Shown in pieces: positions 9,790 through 28,737 of a stretch of DNA of 64,000 bases (its first letter is position 1; each line of letters opens with the position of its first letter). A model generated the notes under the pieces. It worked only from the letters and a program-made list of their open reading frames with translations. It ran no database searches and was not told where the DNA came from. Source of the DNA: Amoebidium appalachense (lineage: Eukaryota; Protista; Ichthyosporea); assembly GCA_963693365.1 (NCBI GenBank), contig CAVNZM010000013.1, positions 2,257,817 to 2,321,816 of the forward strand. The letters are read 5' to 3'. The position numbers were made by a program, and so were the translations under genes.

Positions 9790-12442
9790 ATGAACCCCAA
9801 CGCAAAGGCCTTTGTGCCCAGTGCCTTGGCCCCGGCCTTTGTGCCCGCCAGCCAGCGCGAGCCGGATCCAGCCCAGTCAGCTGTTGCGGCTGAGGCGGAG
9901 GAGTGGGCGGAGGCCTACCCACCTTGGCCCGTGCACTACCCCGTGAGCACGGTGCCCAGGGAGGGCCAGAGGGTGTTCAGTTTGGACGTCGAGTGTGTGG
10001 CTACAGGGCCAGGCCACAGTGCGCGCACACCATGCAGCGTGGTGCTGGTCGACTATGCCTGCAACACAGTCCTGGCTGCTACAATACGCCCTAGCGTGAG
10101 TCTGGTACCAGGTCACACGGAACTTTGGTGGAGGGAGTGAGGGAGAGGGGCAGTGGGGGGGTGGGGGTGAGTGAGTGTTTGCTCAGAGTAGTTCCCTTTC
10201 ATGATTCATGCGTTGCGCCGGCTTTGGTGCTAGCTAAAGGCCGCTGGCGGTACGTTCCCTTCGTGGGTTGGTTTCTGGAAGGCATAGATCTGATGGCTGG
10301 CCACAGAAATGTGGGGAGTTGGGTGTGGCGTGTGGGTGACGAACGAGAGGGTCCTGCTATACCCAAAGGTAGCTGGCGGTCACTTATGCAGCTGTGTATT
10401 TGGTGAGGAGGAGTGAGGGGCAGAGGAGGAGAGGAAGGCGGGGGGAGGGGGAAGCGGCGAAGGGTTTTCAACTTGCTTTTGGGGGGAAGGAGGATTCCTC
10501 ACACGGCAGTTTGCTGACCGTGGCTGCAGGAGCCAGTGTTCAACTACCTGACAGAGATAACGGGCTACAGAGAGGGCGACCTGGAGGGGGGTGAAGACCT
10601 GCAGGCCGTGATGGACAAGGTGGGGGAAGGGGGGGTTCTATGTGGTGGCAAGAGGGGGCAGGGGGGTTGTGTGGCTGGGTTGGTGGGAGAGGGTGGGGTT
10701 TGTGTTGTGTGTTGGTGGCATTGGAGTCATTTTTTTTGGGGGGGGGGGGAGGGGGAGAGGGGGGGGGGGGATGGGGGTTGTGTGTGTTATTGGGAGGAAT
10801 GCGGGTAGGGGGAAGGGGGGGTTGCGTGTGTTAGTGATTCGGGGGGGAGGTTACTTTGGGGGGGGGGGGGGGGGGGGAGGTGTGGTTGTGCTGGTGTGTG
10901 TGGGAGGGAGGGGGGAGGGGGAGTATGTTGGTGTGTGTGTGTGGGGGGGGGGGGTTAGGGGGGAGGTTTGTGTGGGCTGGAGGGCAGGGTTTGTGTGTGC
11001 TTGGGGGGTAGACTGGTAGAGTGTGTTTGGGGGGAGGGGGGAAGGCGATGGCTGTTTGAAACAGGGGGAGGCGGGGGACTGTGTGGACAGGCGCCTGTCA
11101 TTTATTGGCAAGTGTCCGTGTTTGGTGGTGGTGCAGCCATGTGAGGGGTGGCCACGAATAGTGAGGCAACGGGGGGGCTCAAGGGGTGAAAAGGGGAGGG
11201 GGGGGGGGGGGGGAGGGAGGCTAGAGAGGGGCAGGTGGAATTAGGGTGGGGGGGAGGGGAGGGGGGGACAGGTTTTGTGGGTGTGTTGGAAGGACGCGGG
11301 TTTGTGGTGAGGGTGATGTGGTTCTGTGCGGGTCCTGTGTGTGGTTGGGTGGAGGGCTATGTAGTGGTGGGTGGGGGCACAGCAGGTTGGTGGGTGTTTT
11401 GCGTCTTGGGTTGGGGGAGGCAGAGGGCGGGGTCCACGTGATGACCCGCGCTGCTATAATCTGAAGATTAGACCGGGGGAAGGAAGGGGAAGGGGGGAGG
11501 GGGAGAGACTTGCACTACACCACTGTGAGACGAGTGGGCACTCTCTTTTTGTATCCGTCCTCTCTCCCCCTCCCCACCCTTCCCCCTCCCCTCCGTGTGC
11601 GCGCACACATACACACACACACACGCAAGCTCGCACATCCATGTGCTGGGGGCTGGGAAGTGCAACACACATGCGGGAAGCGGGGAGTCAATATCTTTTC
11701 TGTTATTTCTTTTTTGGGGAAAGGGGGGGGGGGGGGGGGGGGAGCCCCCCCCCGCACTCACCACTCCCCTCCTTCCCCTCTTCTCACCCACCCACACACT
11801 AAATCCATGCAGAAACTAATGTTTGCCTGCTCCTACGTCCACTCACATTCGTGCACGGAACACGAGATTTCTTCGCTCAAACCCCCCTTTCCGGCTGACA
11901 TCCGGGGGCATAGCTTTCCGTTCGAAGACGATAAAGTTCCGCCCTAGTAAGCGTGTTACTACCCTGCGGCGTGGGTCAAATCTCATATTTTCCCCTCTGA
12001 TTACGAATTCTGTGGCCTTCGGGACTTAATTCTTTTCAGCTGGTGTAGTATGTTAGCCAGGGAAGTATCGACTTAGGTATCGACGGGGGAGCTTCCTAGA
12101 AGCCCCGTCTCCTGAGTTCCTATCTATATTTTTCTTGCTTCTGCTTACTGCTGCAACTTTAACCCCCGGCCTTTCCCACTGCCCTTGCCTGCATAAGCAA
12201 CCCTGCTCGTCTCTGATCAAGACGGGTGACCTACTCATGTTCAAGTGAAACAGTATCTGAGTTGGGTTTCGTTAACGAGGGGAATAGGTCGAAACTCGGG
12301 TACTGTGGATGACGTGGGCCCCCCCTGAGGATGGGCTCTGCTTATTATGCATACTCTTTATGTATGGCTTGCATTCTGCATCGTGTTATCCGTTTGTTCT
12401 TGTGTACTTCGTACTTTTTGACGCTTTCAAAACCCCCCCCCC

Positions 12443-12473
<31 letters not shown>

Positions 12474-12939
12474 ACAGCTGCATGCGGCGCTAGGCCCTGA
12501 CGTAGTGCTTGTAGGGCAGAGCATCCTCTCTGATGTGCGCTGGATGGGCCTCAAGAAGGCGGTGCACTACGGCCAGCTGGTAGAGCTCACGGACTACTTC
12601 CGTGTCTTCAACCCCCGCTTCAACGGCCTGTCTATATTCAGCCTGGAACACGTTGCTCTAGCGCTGCTTGGTGTGGACCTATCAGGGCGGGGCTACCACG
12701 ACCCACGTGATGATGCAGCAGCCAGCATGGAGCTGTACAGGCGCTATATCGAGTACCATGATGGGTCCACGGCACTGGAGCTGAGCGGGGCATGTGCACA
12801 CCTGCTTGCCGTGCCCACCAGGCCCTCGTTTGCCAAGCGCTGCAACTGGACCCTGCACGGGGTGTGCATGGCCGCACACACCCCCTCGAAGTGCACGTGC
12901 AGTGACCCCCCCTTTGACCGCAGCAACAGGGACGAGTAG
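9790..12939 (+). CDS. DEDDh 3'-5' exonuclease (REX4/ISG20/RNase T-like) with N-terminal PAM2-like motifs; exons 9790-10095, 10530-10619, 12478-12939
   Basis: ExoI SLDVECVATG; YLTEITG; ExoII VLVGQSILSD; ExoIII HDPRDDAAASMELY; Cys-rich tail GVCMAAHTPSKCTC; splice phases consistent. Confidence 0.88.
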
Positions 12940-13198
12940 AAGGGCTTGCACGTGCATTGCACACAAACACACACGTGGCACTAGTGTTAGTAGGCCATGT
13001 GTGTGCCTGTGGAAGTAGAAATGCGGGTGCATTAATGGCCGACCCACAAATGTAGCCTAGGGCCCTGTGCATATGCAGTGCAAGGGTAGACAGATAGTTG
13101 CTCAGTGCCTGGCCAAGGCCATAGGCTTAGGAATATACATACTGGGCCTGCAGGGCAGGCTGGGGCTGGTTCCCCTCCGGCTAAGGGATAGATGACAC

Positions 13199-13360
13199 GT
13201 GTTTTACAGTTTATACATATATGTATGCCACATGTTTTACAATTTATGCTCGCATGTTTTGCCATATGTTGACAGTTTATGCATATATGTAGGCCATATG
13301 CTTTTAGGTTGATGCATATTGATGCCATGTCTTATAGTTTACACATATATTGATTGATGG
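13199..13360. repeat. Degenerate ~32-bp AT-rich tandem repeat
   Basis: tgttttacagtttatrcatatatgtatgccaYa-like unit, ~5 copies. Confidence 0.6.
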
Positions 13361-13523
13361 ATAGGTGATATGTTTTATAGTGAATGTGGGCACCGTGTGG
13401 GTGCACCCATAGGCCCCCCTTGGCTGGGGGGTTGCTTGTGGCCTGGTGCCACGCAGACCAATCAGATAGTGTGGATGTGCTGCAGCACAGCCACATGTGG
13501 TGTATTGACGCCTGCAGCCGTGA

Positions 13524-13720
13524 CCCATATTAGCCAATGAACTTGCTGCATCATACCCCATATTAGCCAATGAACTTGCTGCATCATACTCCATATTTGG
13601 CAATGAACTTGCTGCATCATGCCCCGTATAGCCAATGAACTTGCTGCATCATACCCCATATTAGCCAATGAACTTGCTGCATCATACCCCATATTTGGCA
13701 ATGCAAGTCGCGCTGCATCA
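13524..13720. repeat. 33-bp minisatellite, ~6 copies
   Basis: cccatattagccaatgaacttgctgcatcatac head-to-tail with no spacers. Confidence 0.9.
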
Positions 13721-15786
13721 TGGCATTCACTGGACAAATTGAATGGCCATGTAGTAGCTAACATCAACAAAGGGACGTATACTTCGTCTGTGTCTTGATG
13801 GGCATATCCATGCATATCGTTTTATGGCCCGAACATGTTGTGTATCCGGTTTGGCCGGAGGCAGCGGCCAATATATATAAGTGCAATGATCCAACCCTGC
13901 ACACACACCTGACACCGGGCAGCACACATGCTATCAAACCCCACCCACACCCGCAGGTGCACATGTAAGTTATTCAAATACGCCCCCACAACTGGCCACG
14001 CACCTGTACCACGCACACCCGCACGTCAGACCTCGGGTGTATTGTATCGACCCATGGCCCAATAGCCGGGGCCCTGATGATGCCACAAGTATTAATTAGA
14101 GGTCGGTGTGGCGCATACGTGCATGCATGGCCGCGGCACACACCAGGTCCTCCAGCCACAGGCACACGCGCCCGTACACACACACACACCTGGGCACAGA
14201 CACACACACACACACACACCCAGCCACATGCACACACACACACCTACAGCCCCAGATCTGGCACACACCTGTACACACATGTACCCCCGTGAAAACCACC
14301 TCCATCATCTGCAATGTTGTCGACTGTACGCACTGTTGCAAAGTGGACCCGTAATGATCAGGCAGCTGTTAGCCTAGTGACCCCAAAAACAACATGTGGG
14401 GCCACGTGGACCTTGCCCTGTTAGCTGCGCCAACTTGCATGTGGTGTGTTTATCCTCCCGTAGCAAAGGAGCACTAGTTCATTCATGCCATACCAGCAAA
14501 TTGCCAAATTGCAGATTTAGACTTACTGGATAACCATAGCCGTGAATGAAGTCCCCCCCCCCCCCCCCCCCCTCCCCCTCCCTTTCCCTCCCTTCATGAT
14601 GGTTGCCTGTGCCTTGTAAGGCCACTGCGGCAGGCCACGACTGAGGCATGCAAAGATCCTCCTACATGATTCCTGTGCCCATGCGGGGCGAGGTTGGCAG
14701 GGGGTGAGCACTGATAGTTTGTCGTGGCCATGGGGCATTGCATATGTGCATGCAGTGCCCTACCTCCTGGTCACGTGGTGTCTGGCCAATCACAGCCTGC
14801 ACGTGCTTTATGTTCATGTATCGGGCAGGCCAGGGACAGGGGCATGCATGGAAGGGGGGAGGTATCTGTGTCCAATCAATGGCCAAGAATTAGGCCACCA
14901 TGCATGACTTGGAAGTGGCCATAGGCATGGCACTGTGTCTTGCACGTGGGCAGCCAGGGCCTTAGCCTAGCAGAGCCGCAATGATCACTTCACGAGTTGG
15001 GGCACGTGCGGGCACAGCCACAACAGACGACTAATGCTAGCGTGGCTCAACAGCTGAATATGAAGTGGAAGGGCCCGTCCCCCCCCCCCCCCCCCCCCCC
15101 CTCCCCCACTACCACCACCACCACCCACCCACCCTGTCCCCCTTTCCGGATCTGCCCCGGGGGAAAAGGGGGGTGGGGTGGGGGGTGGGGGTGGGGGGGA
15201 GGGGGGAAATAATGTTAGCCTGACATGGGAAGGGCTATCTAGATAGGGCAGAGAGGTCCGAGGCGTGGTTGTGAGCGAGTGAGCAAGCAGGCAATAATGG
15301 CTTGGATGTCTGAGAAAGGGCCTGGGGATGTAGGGGGGATGGAGGCCCCTAACAGGTGTGTCTGTGTGTGTGTGCAGGGGGGGAGGGGGGAGGGGGGAGG
15401 GGAGAAGGGGAGTTTGGGGTGGGGGGAGGGGGGGGAGAGAAGACAGGTGGCTGCGACTTGGAGTCATAGACAGGCTGGGACAGACAGCTGTGGTGCTACT
15501 TTCATTTCATTTGCATTCGAGCCACCAAAAAGCCTGATACAGGCATATCATACGTGCATAGATACATAATCCTACCACCGGGCATGTATACATGTGGATC
15601 CAGAAATAGCTTATTCAGGACTAAGACTAGGTATCAGACGTCTTTTTATGTGCTATCAATCATTAACTCAGTGGTGACTAAGCCCACACCACGTGCATAC
15701 CAAGTCACTGCCTTGGCCCTGCATGCTACCACACCACCATTAACCCTACAGAGCACCCCCCCCCCCCCCCCCCCCTCCCCCCCCTG

Positions 15787-16797
15787 CTACATGCCCTGTG
15801 GCCCCTCCAAACCAGTGCACAGTTTTGTCCTTGCCAGCACATTCTCCTGGAGCCTGTCCATAATCTCTGCCCCTGCACCGTGCCACGCTGCTGCCCCCTC
15901 CACACAGGGCCCATCCCCCCCCACCACCCCCAACCCCACCCTGTCCACGTGCATGCCCTGCAGCCCCCTGCCTGCCGCCAGGGCCAGGGCCAAGTCACGT
16001 GACAGCATGGCCATGCCCCCCACCGTGTGCTGCAGCAGTGCGGCATTGCCTGAAGTGGTGTTGGGCCCCGGGGGGGGGTGGGTGTGTGCGGCAGCAAATA
16101 GACCCGTGGGCTGGCGCATCAGCATGTGGTACTTGACGAGGGGTGTGTGCAGGTACGTGTGGCCGTGCACGAGCACAACGTAGAACGCCCCGCACAGCTC
16201 GGCCCCCCAGGCCCACACCCCCCGTGCCCTGTCGTCCAGCCCCTCTGCGCCCTGCCTGCAGCCCAGCACGAGCAGGTCCCCGTGTGCCTGTGCCTCTGTC
16301 TCCAGCCGGGCCCACTCCCCCCCCTCTGTGGGGGCACACACCACAAACCGCAGCACCAGCCTTGCACGTACAGGCCCCGGCCACCGCCCCCAGTGCTCCC
16401 GCCAGTGTGCCCTGCGCCCGTGCCCCTCCTCGTCTGCCGCACTGACCACACCCACAGCTCCCACCACGTCCACCCTCTGCCGCGTGGCCTTGCCCCCCCA
16501 CGGGTCACAGGGTCCCTCCAGCCCGGTGTAGCCGCTGGCCAGCCTTAGCGGTCGGTAGGCAGTGTCTGGGTCTGGGGACAGGGCAGGGGGCCTCGTGTCT
16601 GTGCCCGTGTGTGCGCCCTGCCTCATCCACAGCAGCCCCACCACCACCACGAACAGTAGCACCCCAGCCAGCCGCTTAACCCTGGCCCCCAGCCGGCTAG
16701 AAAACGGGTCAGTCAGGCTCACAGGGGTGCCTGGGCGGGGCGAAACACTGCGGTGGGGTAGTGGGGGTGACCGGGCCGGCCATGCCCCGGCGGCCAT
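15787..16797 (-). CDS. Single-exon type II membrane GT31 (beta-1,3-galactosyltransferase-like) protein with degenerate catalytic motifs
   Basis: TM segment LAGVLLFVVVVGLLWM; GT31 hallmarks VGVVSA...RRAHWREHW...LRFVV...LETEAQAHGDLLVL...GGMAMLSRDLA; the expected KxDDD motif reads VLVHGHTY. Confidence 0.75.
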   Translation of the reverse strand: MAAGAWPARSPPLPHRSVSPRPGTPVSLTDPFSSRLGARVKRLAGVLLFVVVVGLLWMRQGAHTGTDTRPPALSPDPDTAYRPLRLASGYTGLEGPCDPWGGKATRQRVDVVGAVGVVSAADEEGHGRRAHWREHWGRWPGPVRARLVLRFVVCAPTEGGEWARLETEAQAHGDLLVLGCRQGAEGLDDRARGVWAWGAELCGAFYVVLVHGHTYLHTPLVKYHMLMRQPTGLFAAAHTHPPPGPNTTSGNAALLQHTVGGMAMLSRDLALALAAGRGLQGMHVDRVGLGVVGGDGPCVEGAAAWHGAGAEIMDRLQENVLARTKLCTGLEGPQGM

Positions 16798-17105
16798 AGG
16801 GCCCTGAGAAGAGGGGTCACCCCTGGCTGTCGGCGTGTCGGGAAAGGTGTGGCCGAGCCGGTGTTGCACAATGTGTGCCTGGCGAGGTGGTCAGTGGTTG
16901 AAGGCTTTTTTGGGGGGCCTATTTACAGACCTGGCACTGCGAGTGTTGTGCTGGATCTAAGGTCCGTGTGCGTGCCCAGAAAAACCAGGCTGATATCACT
17001 GTGTCGCGCTGTCAAAACTGGCTGCCTTACAAGCTCAGGGACAAAAGGTGTGCCTGCCTACCGGTACCAGTGCACCCTTGCTATCTAGAGCTCTCTCTCT
17101 CTCTA

Positions 17106-17190
<85 letters not shown>

Positions 17191-18537
17191 GTGTGCGCGT
17201 GCGTTGTCTGTGTGTGTGCGTGTGTGTGTGGCTATCTGTCTGTCCGTGTAAGTGCATGCCTTGCTGGGAAAATAAAACGGCCAGCCAATCAGCATTCCAC
17301 TTCCATGAGCCACCTCAGTTAGCCTTTTTTGGCTAATCAGCTGCCCTGGGCGGCTGGAGTTTCGAGCCCTGCACTGTCCAGTGCGGCAGTGCCCATGCAT
17401 ATGCAGGGGCTCGGGCATGCATCGCCCCTGCTCAGCGGCCAGCCGGCGACCCTACATGATGGTTCGTCATTGTATCTTGGTGACTAAATTACGCCTACAG
17501 AAAAATATAAAAGGGATTTATGTGTAATTACTTGTACGGGCATGCTGTTGGTGGTAAAACTTCTCTCACCTCACATGACCCAAAGTTTCGCGCTCTGATT
17601 GGTGCGCACGCACTGCGCAACCAATCAAATTAGTGATTCTTGGGCCTCACGTCAGAAAGTTGTACAGCACCTTCAACTGTTTGTGGCTTTTATTTCCACA
17701 AAAATAACTCTTAGAAATATTATATAAACCTGGATACTATGTACTGCACTATGCATGTATAGAGGGGGCAAGAAAGAAGTCACGCATGACATCGTCTGGT
17801 GTGACGGCGGCGTCCCAGTGGATCCCCCAAAACTTCCTACTGTGGGGCGAGTGGTGTGTATGTAACCATGCTCCCGGGAATTTGAGACCCCATTTCCATA
17901 TGTGTGTAACAGTATGTAATTAGTAACTACGGAAAATGGAGCTCAGTTATACCAGAATATTCCTTTTTAGAGTACATTTATTGATTTTTCTCTTTATGTA
18001 GGACCACATGCAGTCCTATGTCTGTAACGGAATTTTACGTGGCCTAATTCTCGAAACTGGAAAATCGGAAAATCCGCTGTTACACAAACACGACCTGCTT
18101 CACACACATGCGTGTTGGGGGATCCTCTCAGTTGAGCTGTGGCCAATCAGAAGGCTGGGTATGTCGATCGGAAAAGCTGGCACGCGCCGGTAACTCGGCT
18201 CACAACAATGCCGGAATATAAATCGTAAAAACGTTGCATTTGTGTGAATATGATTTTTTTTCTTTTGTGAATATGCGCCACAATTGGCCGCATTGTTTAG
18301 TTAAAAACCCCCTAAAACAAGCTTACTGTAACCGTTATCATTCCCCAACATGCGTTGAACTCTGAAAGCAAGTTGACTTGGCTATCAAATAGAAACGCAG
18401 CCATGTGACCAGTGCGCACACAAACACAACACAAAACACCTTCTTTTTTTTGTACACACACACGAGGGTTGCACAAAACCAGGGCCACAACCACCCAGCC
18501 ACCACACACACCAACCAACAGCCTTCCCTTCACAACC

Positions 18538-19183
18538 ATGCACCTGCACGCGCTTGCTGCCGCCTTGGCGCTGCCGGCGGCCGTCTCCGCCATCCCCTGG
18601 AATGCAGGGCCTGTTATTGGCGTGCTGACCGCACCATGGTGCGAAAAACCCGATGGCAAGAGCGGGTTTGGGGAGGGCTGCGAGAACTCGCCCGTCAGCG
18701 GGTTCAGCGTGCTGGAGGTCAAGTGGCTGGAGCAGGCAGGCGCCAAGGTCGTGCCTGTGCGCTACAACGCACCCAGAGAGGAACTAGACAAGTTGTTCAC
18801 CAGCCTCAATGGGCTGCTGTACACGGGGGGCATGCTGAGCCTGCTGCCTAACACCACATACTACCAGACCGCAAAGTACTTCTATGACCGCGTAAACACA
18901 GCGTACGACCAGGGCGACTATTTCCCTCTCATTGGCATCTGCATGGGCTTCCAGCTGCTTAACATCATGACAGCTGAAGACTACAGGTGCGCCCACTCGT
19001 GCAATGTTCGATGGGTTGAGAGTATGTTGTCATACAGCCTGATAGATGAGTAGGTGCTACCAATTCTAAATATGTGCACTAGAACTGGTGTGCCAAATTT
19101 TAGGAGAAGTGGATGGAGGAGAAAAGTGAAGGATGAAAGGGGGAGGAGGAGGGGGGAGGGGAGTGGGTGGGTGAGTGTGTGTG

Positions 19184-19224
<41 letters not shown>

Positions 19225-19619
19225 TCTGTACCGGATCTTCAAGTCACTGACTTCGTTTTTTTGCAGTGTGCTGGACCACTCAGCCTTTGACAGCGAGAGC
19301 ATAGTGTGGCCGCTAGAGCTGACCAAGGATGCATTCGGCAGCAGAATGCTAAAGCACGCCACAGACGAGGTGGTGTCCGCCTATGCAAATGAGAACATCA
19401 CTATCAACTGGCACCACGACGGGGTCATCCCTGAGAAATTCTATGCGCGATCCAAACTAAGTGATTATTACCGGGTTATCAGCTATAACCACGACCTGAA
19501 GGGCAAAAAGTTCATCAGTACCATAGAGGGCTGGGAGAGGCCCGTGTATGGCGTGCAGTGGCACCCTGAGGCCGTGCAGTTCGACTGGACACGGTCGGCC
19601 ACCTTTATTAACAGGTGTG

Positions 19620-19667
<48 letters not shown>

Positions 19668-20072
19668 TGTGTGCGTGTGTGCGTGTGTGCGTGTGTGTGC
19701 GCGCGCGCGCGTGTGTGTGTGTAAAGGCAGGACGGAGAGGGAACCAGGGCAGGGAGACGGTGGCTCTGAGGGCGGACGGGGGAAGAAGGGGGTGGGGGGG
19801 GTGGGGGGGGGGGGGTGGGGGGGGGTGGGGGAGGGGGTGGCGCAGCACGAGCAGTGTGCCATGAGCGCACATAAAAATGCAAGTCACTGATAAGACCTTT
19901 CACATCTGGTTGTAAACACGGGCACACATGTACACTTAGGGACATATTGCACTGCACCATGGCGCCACACCAGCAAGCACTATGCAGTCCTTTGTCTCAC
20001 ATGGGGCCTGAAACATCAATGCGGGCTTTGTGGAGGTCGGGGCGAGACGCGGTGTGTGTGTGTGTGTGTGTG

Positions 20073-20105
<33 letters not shown>

Positions 20106-20979
20106 AGGGGCAAATCATGTAAGCGGATGATGGCCGTGCTCTTATGTTTCTGGTTGTAGTTCGACTATTTCTGTCCTGGTTCCTCCCCCCCCTCCCCCCC
20201 CCCCCCCCACACACACACACATGTACACACGCATGAAAACCCCAATTCTCCTATATCCCCCCCCCCCCCCCAAAAAAAAAAAAAAAAAAAAAACAGACCA
20301 GACACACACACACACACACACACAGGCCTCTCTTTCTGCTTTCAGCCTGTAAACCACACAATGCGCACCCAAGTCACAGACACAAAGCCCCCCCCTCCTC
20401 CCTCCCCTCCCCCCCCCCCCCCACACACACACATATACCTTCTGCCCCCCACAGACACACACGTCGCAACCCACAACATCCACCGTGCACACACACACAG
20501 CACACACACACAGTGTACACACGCATCCGCTGAAGGACACCAACATACACACATCCCAAACTTACCACCTACACCCCGAATGTAGTTGGGGATCGAAGGG
20601 AGGAAGAGGGGGGAGGGGGGGGGGGGGGAGGTGGAGAAGGAGAAGGGAAGGGGGGCAAGGGGGGGGGGGGGGGGGGAGGGGGGGGGAAGTGACAATTTAT
20701 GTTTTTATCCATCCATTCCTGGGTGTGTCTGGATCCCCCCTCCCCCCCCCTCCCCCTCCCCCTCCCCCCTTTTTTTTTCTTCTTGTGGTGCTGACTGCCG
20801 CCTGCAGGTCACCGCATGCCATCCATGCCATGCAGCACCTGGCCAACTTCTTTGTTGAGGAGGCACGCCTCAACAACCACAAGTTCCCAACCATAGATGA
20901 AGAAGAGAAGGGTTTGATCTACAATTACACGCCTGAGCCTAAGGCACCCTCCTATGGTGTCTATCTGTTCAGACAATAG
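18538..20979 (+). CDS. GGH: Gamma-glutamyl hydrolase (peptidase C26), secreted or lysosomal; exons 18538-18986, 19267-19614, 20808-20979
   Basis: Signal peptide; PVIGVL, VKWLEQAGAKVVP, NGLLYTGG, nucleophile GICMGFQ, catalytic GVQWHPE, ANFFVEEARLNNHKF. Confidence 0.95.
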
Positions 20980-22581
20980 CACCGTGTGGTGTGTTCTAGC
21001 TAGATCGTATTAGTTTTGTAGGTGCAACTAGTTGAATGACCTGGCAGCCAAATAAAGGGTGCCGTCTTTTGAGTTATGTGTCGATGTGTGCCGTACGTGC
21101 ATGTTCGGCCAGCATGTGCGTGCCTGCACCATGCCCGTATACGTACCAACCCCTTCCCCTGCACCACACACGGGTAGACACGTGTGCACAGCGGTACTCC
21201 GTGCGTGGCCACCACGTATACGTAGGGTACACAGTGCACACAAAACTTGCACATACACACACACATCCACCCAGTGGGCCAGTGTCGCATGCCCTGCAGG
21301 CACAACTAAGGTCCCAGTCAAACACACACAGGCATATGCACGGGCACACCCTTAAGCTTGCCAGGCAGTGTCACATTGCCGGGCCCGCAGTGTACACATG
21401 GTGACCACGTGAGGGCCTGTAAGCACCAGGTCTGCCAAGCTTCCAATCACGTGCACACTGCACATACACTACCGTCTGTGCACCTCCCAGCCAGCATGTC
21501 GCCAGCCAGGTCCTGGCCGTGCCTATAGGCAGACTTGTGCCCGGCCCTTGCCCGGGAGAGAGAGGGGGAGGAGGGGAAGAGGGGGGGCAATCATAACTAC
21601 ACGAGGTATCTTCTTCGAGTGTGTGGATCTTGCAAGTATATATCTGCTTCGATCAACTTGCCGTTATTTCTCCCTGGGCCACTCGTACACTTGCGAACAT
21701 ACTACAGCATGTATCAAACACTGCGCGCGTTTTCTTCCCAACCGTACGGGTGATAAGTATTCCATTGCTGCCCTTCGTACAGCTGCACATGCCTCACATT
21801 TTTGCTCAACCACTTGCGCACACATAGCCCAACCAGTACTCACCCCCCGATCCTGCGCCGGCCATGGTGCAAGATATCGATTTGAGCTTTGACGTTACTA
21901 ACTAGTTCGTATTGAGACGTCTTGCTGCCATGGCCGCTCCGTGTGCAAGCAGCCTGCACCTATCGATACATGTATGGAATAGGCATGAGTGTGCTTGGAA
22001 CGCATTTCTGGGTTATGTATGACACCACCGGTTTTAGCCTGTTGGCCTGAGGCACTGCCAAATTCCAACAGGTGTGTCTTTAATATTGGCTGGGCGCCCC
22101 TCGGCATATGGTAGGGTATGTGACGTGGCCCAAATCAAATGCGCCCACCTTATGGAGGGGGATTGCCAATCAGACAGCAGATGGCCATCCCCATGCACAC
22201 AGTAGCTCACGGAGCCACAGGTCCACCATTGGCTGGCACCCATCCAATTAATGGGCCCAGCTTGCCGAAAACTACACCCATTGTCTTCAATACAACTTAG
22301 TAAAGTACAGTATATGTATCTATATTATGTTCTTTTGCATGGGTGTATATCCCTACGTTTCATGTGTTGCCAGGTGTGTCAAATGGGCGTATCACATCTC
22401 GCAGCCCCTACAAAACTATATTGAGATTGTGGTGGTGGCTTCAGACAAGAACAGGCATAGACCACGTTACATGCGCCGCTATGAGAGCCAAGGGGCATGC
22501 CGTGAACACGTTCAAAACCTGCTGCATGCATCTATGTGCATGGTGATACTCCAGTCTGTGTCCTTCGTGCATTTTGGGCTG

Positions 22582-28737
<6,156 letters not shown>

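Noticed and set aside
13524-13720. 33-bp repeats as a CRISPR array
   Set aside because: Head-to-tail with no unique spacers, eukaryotic context, no cas genes
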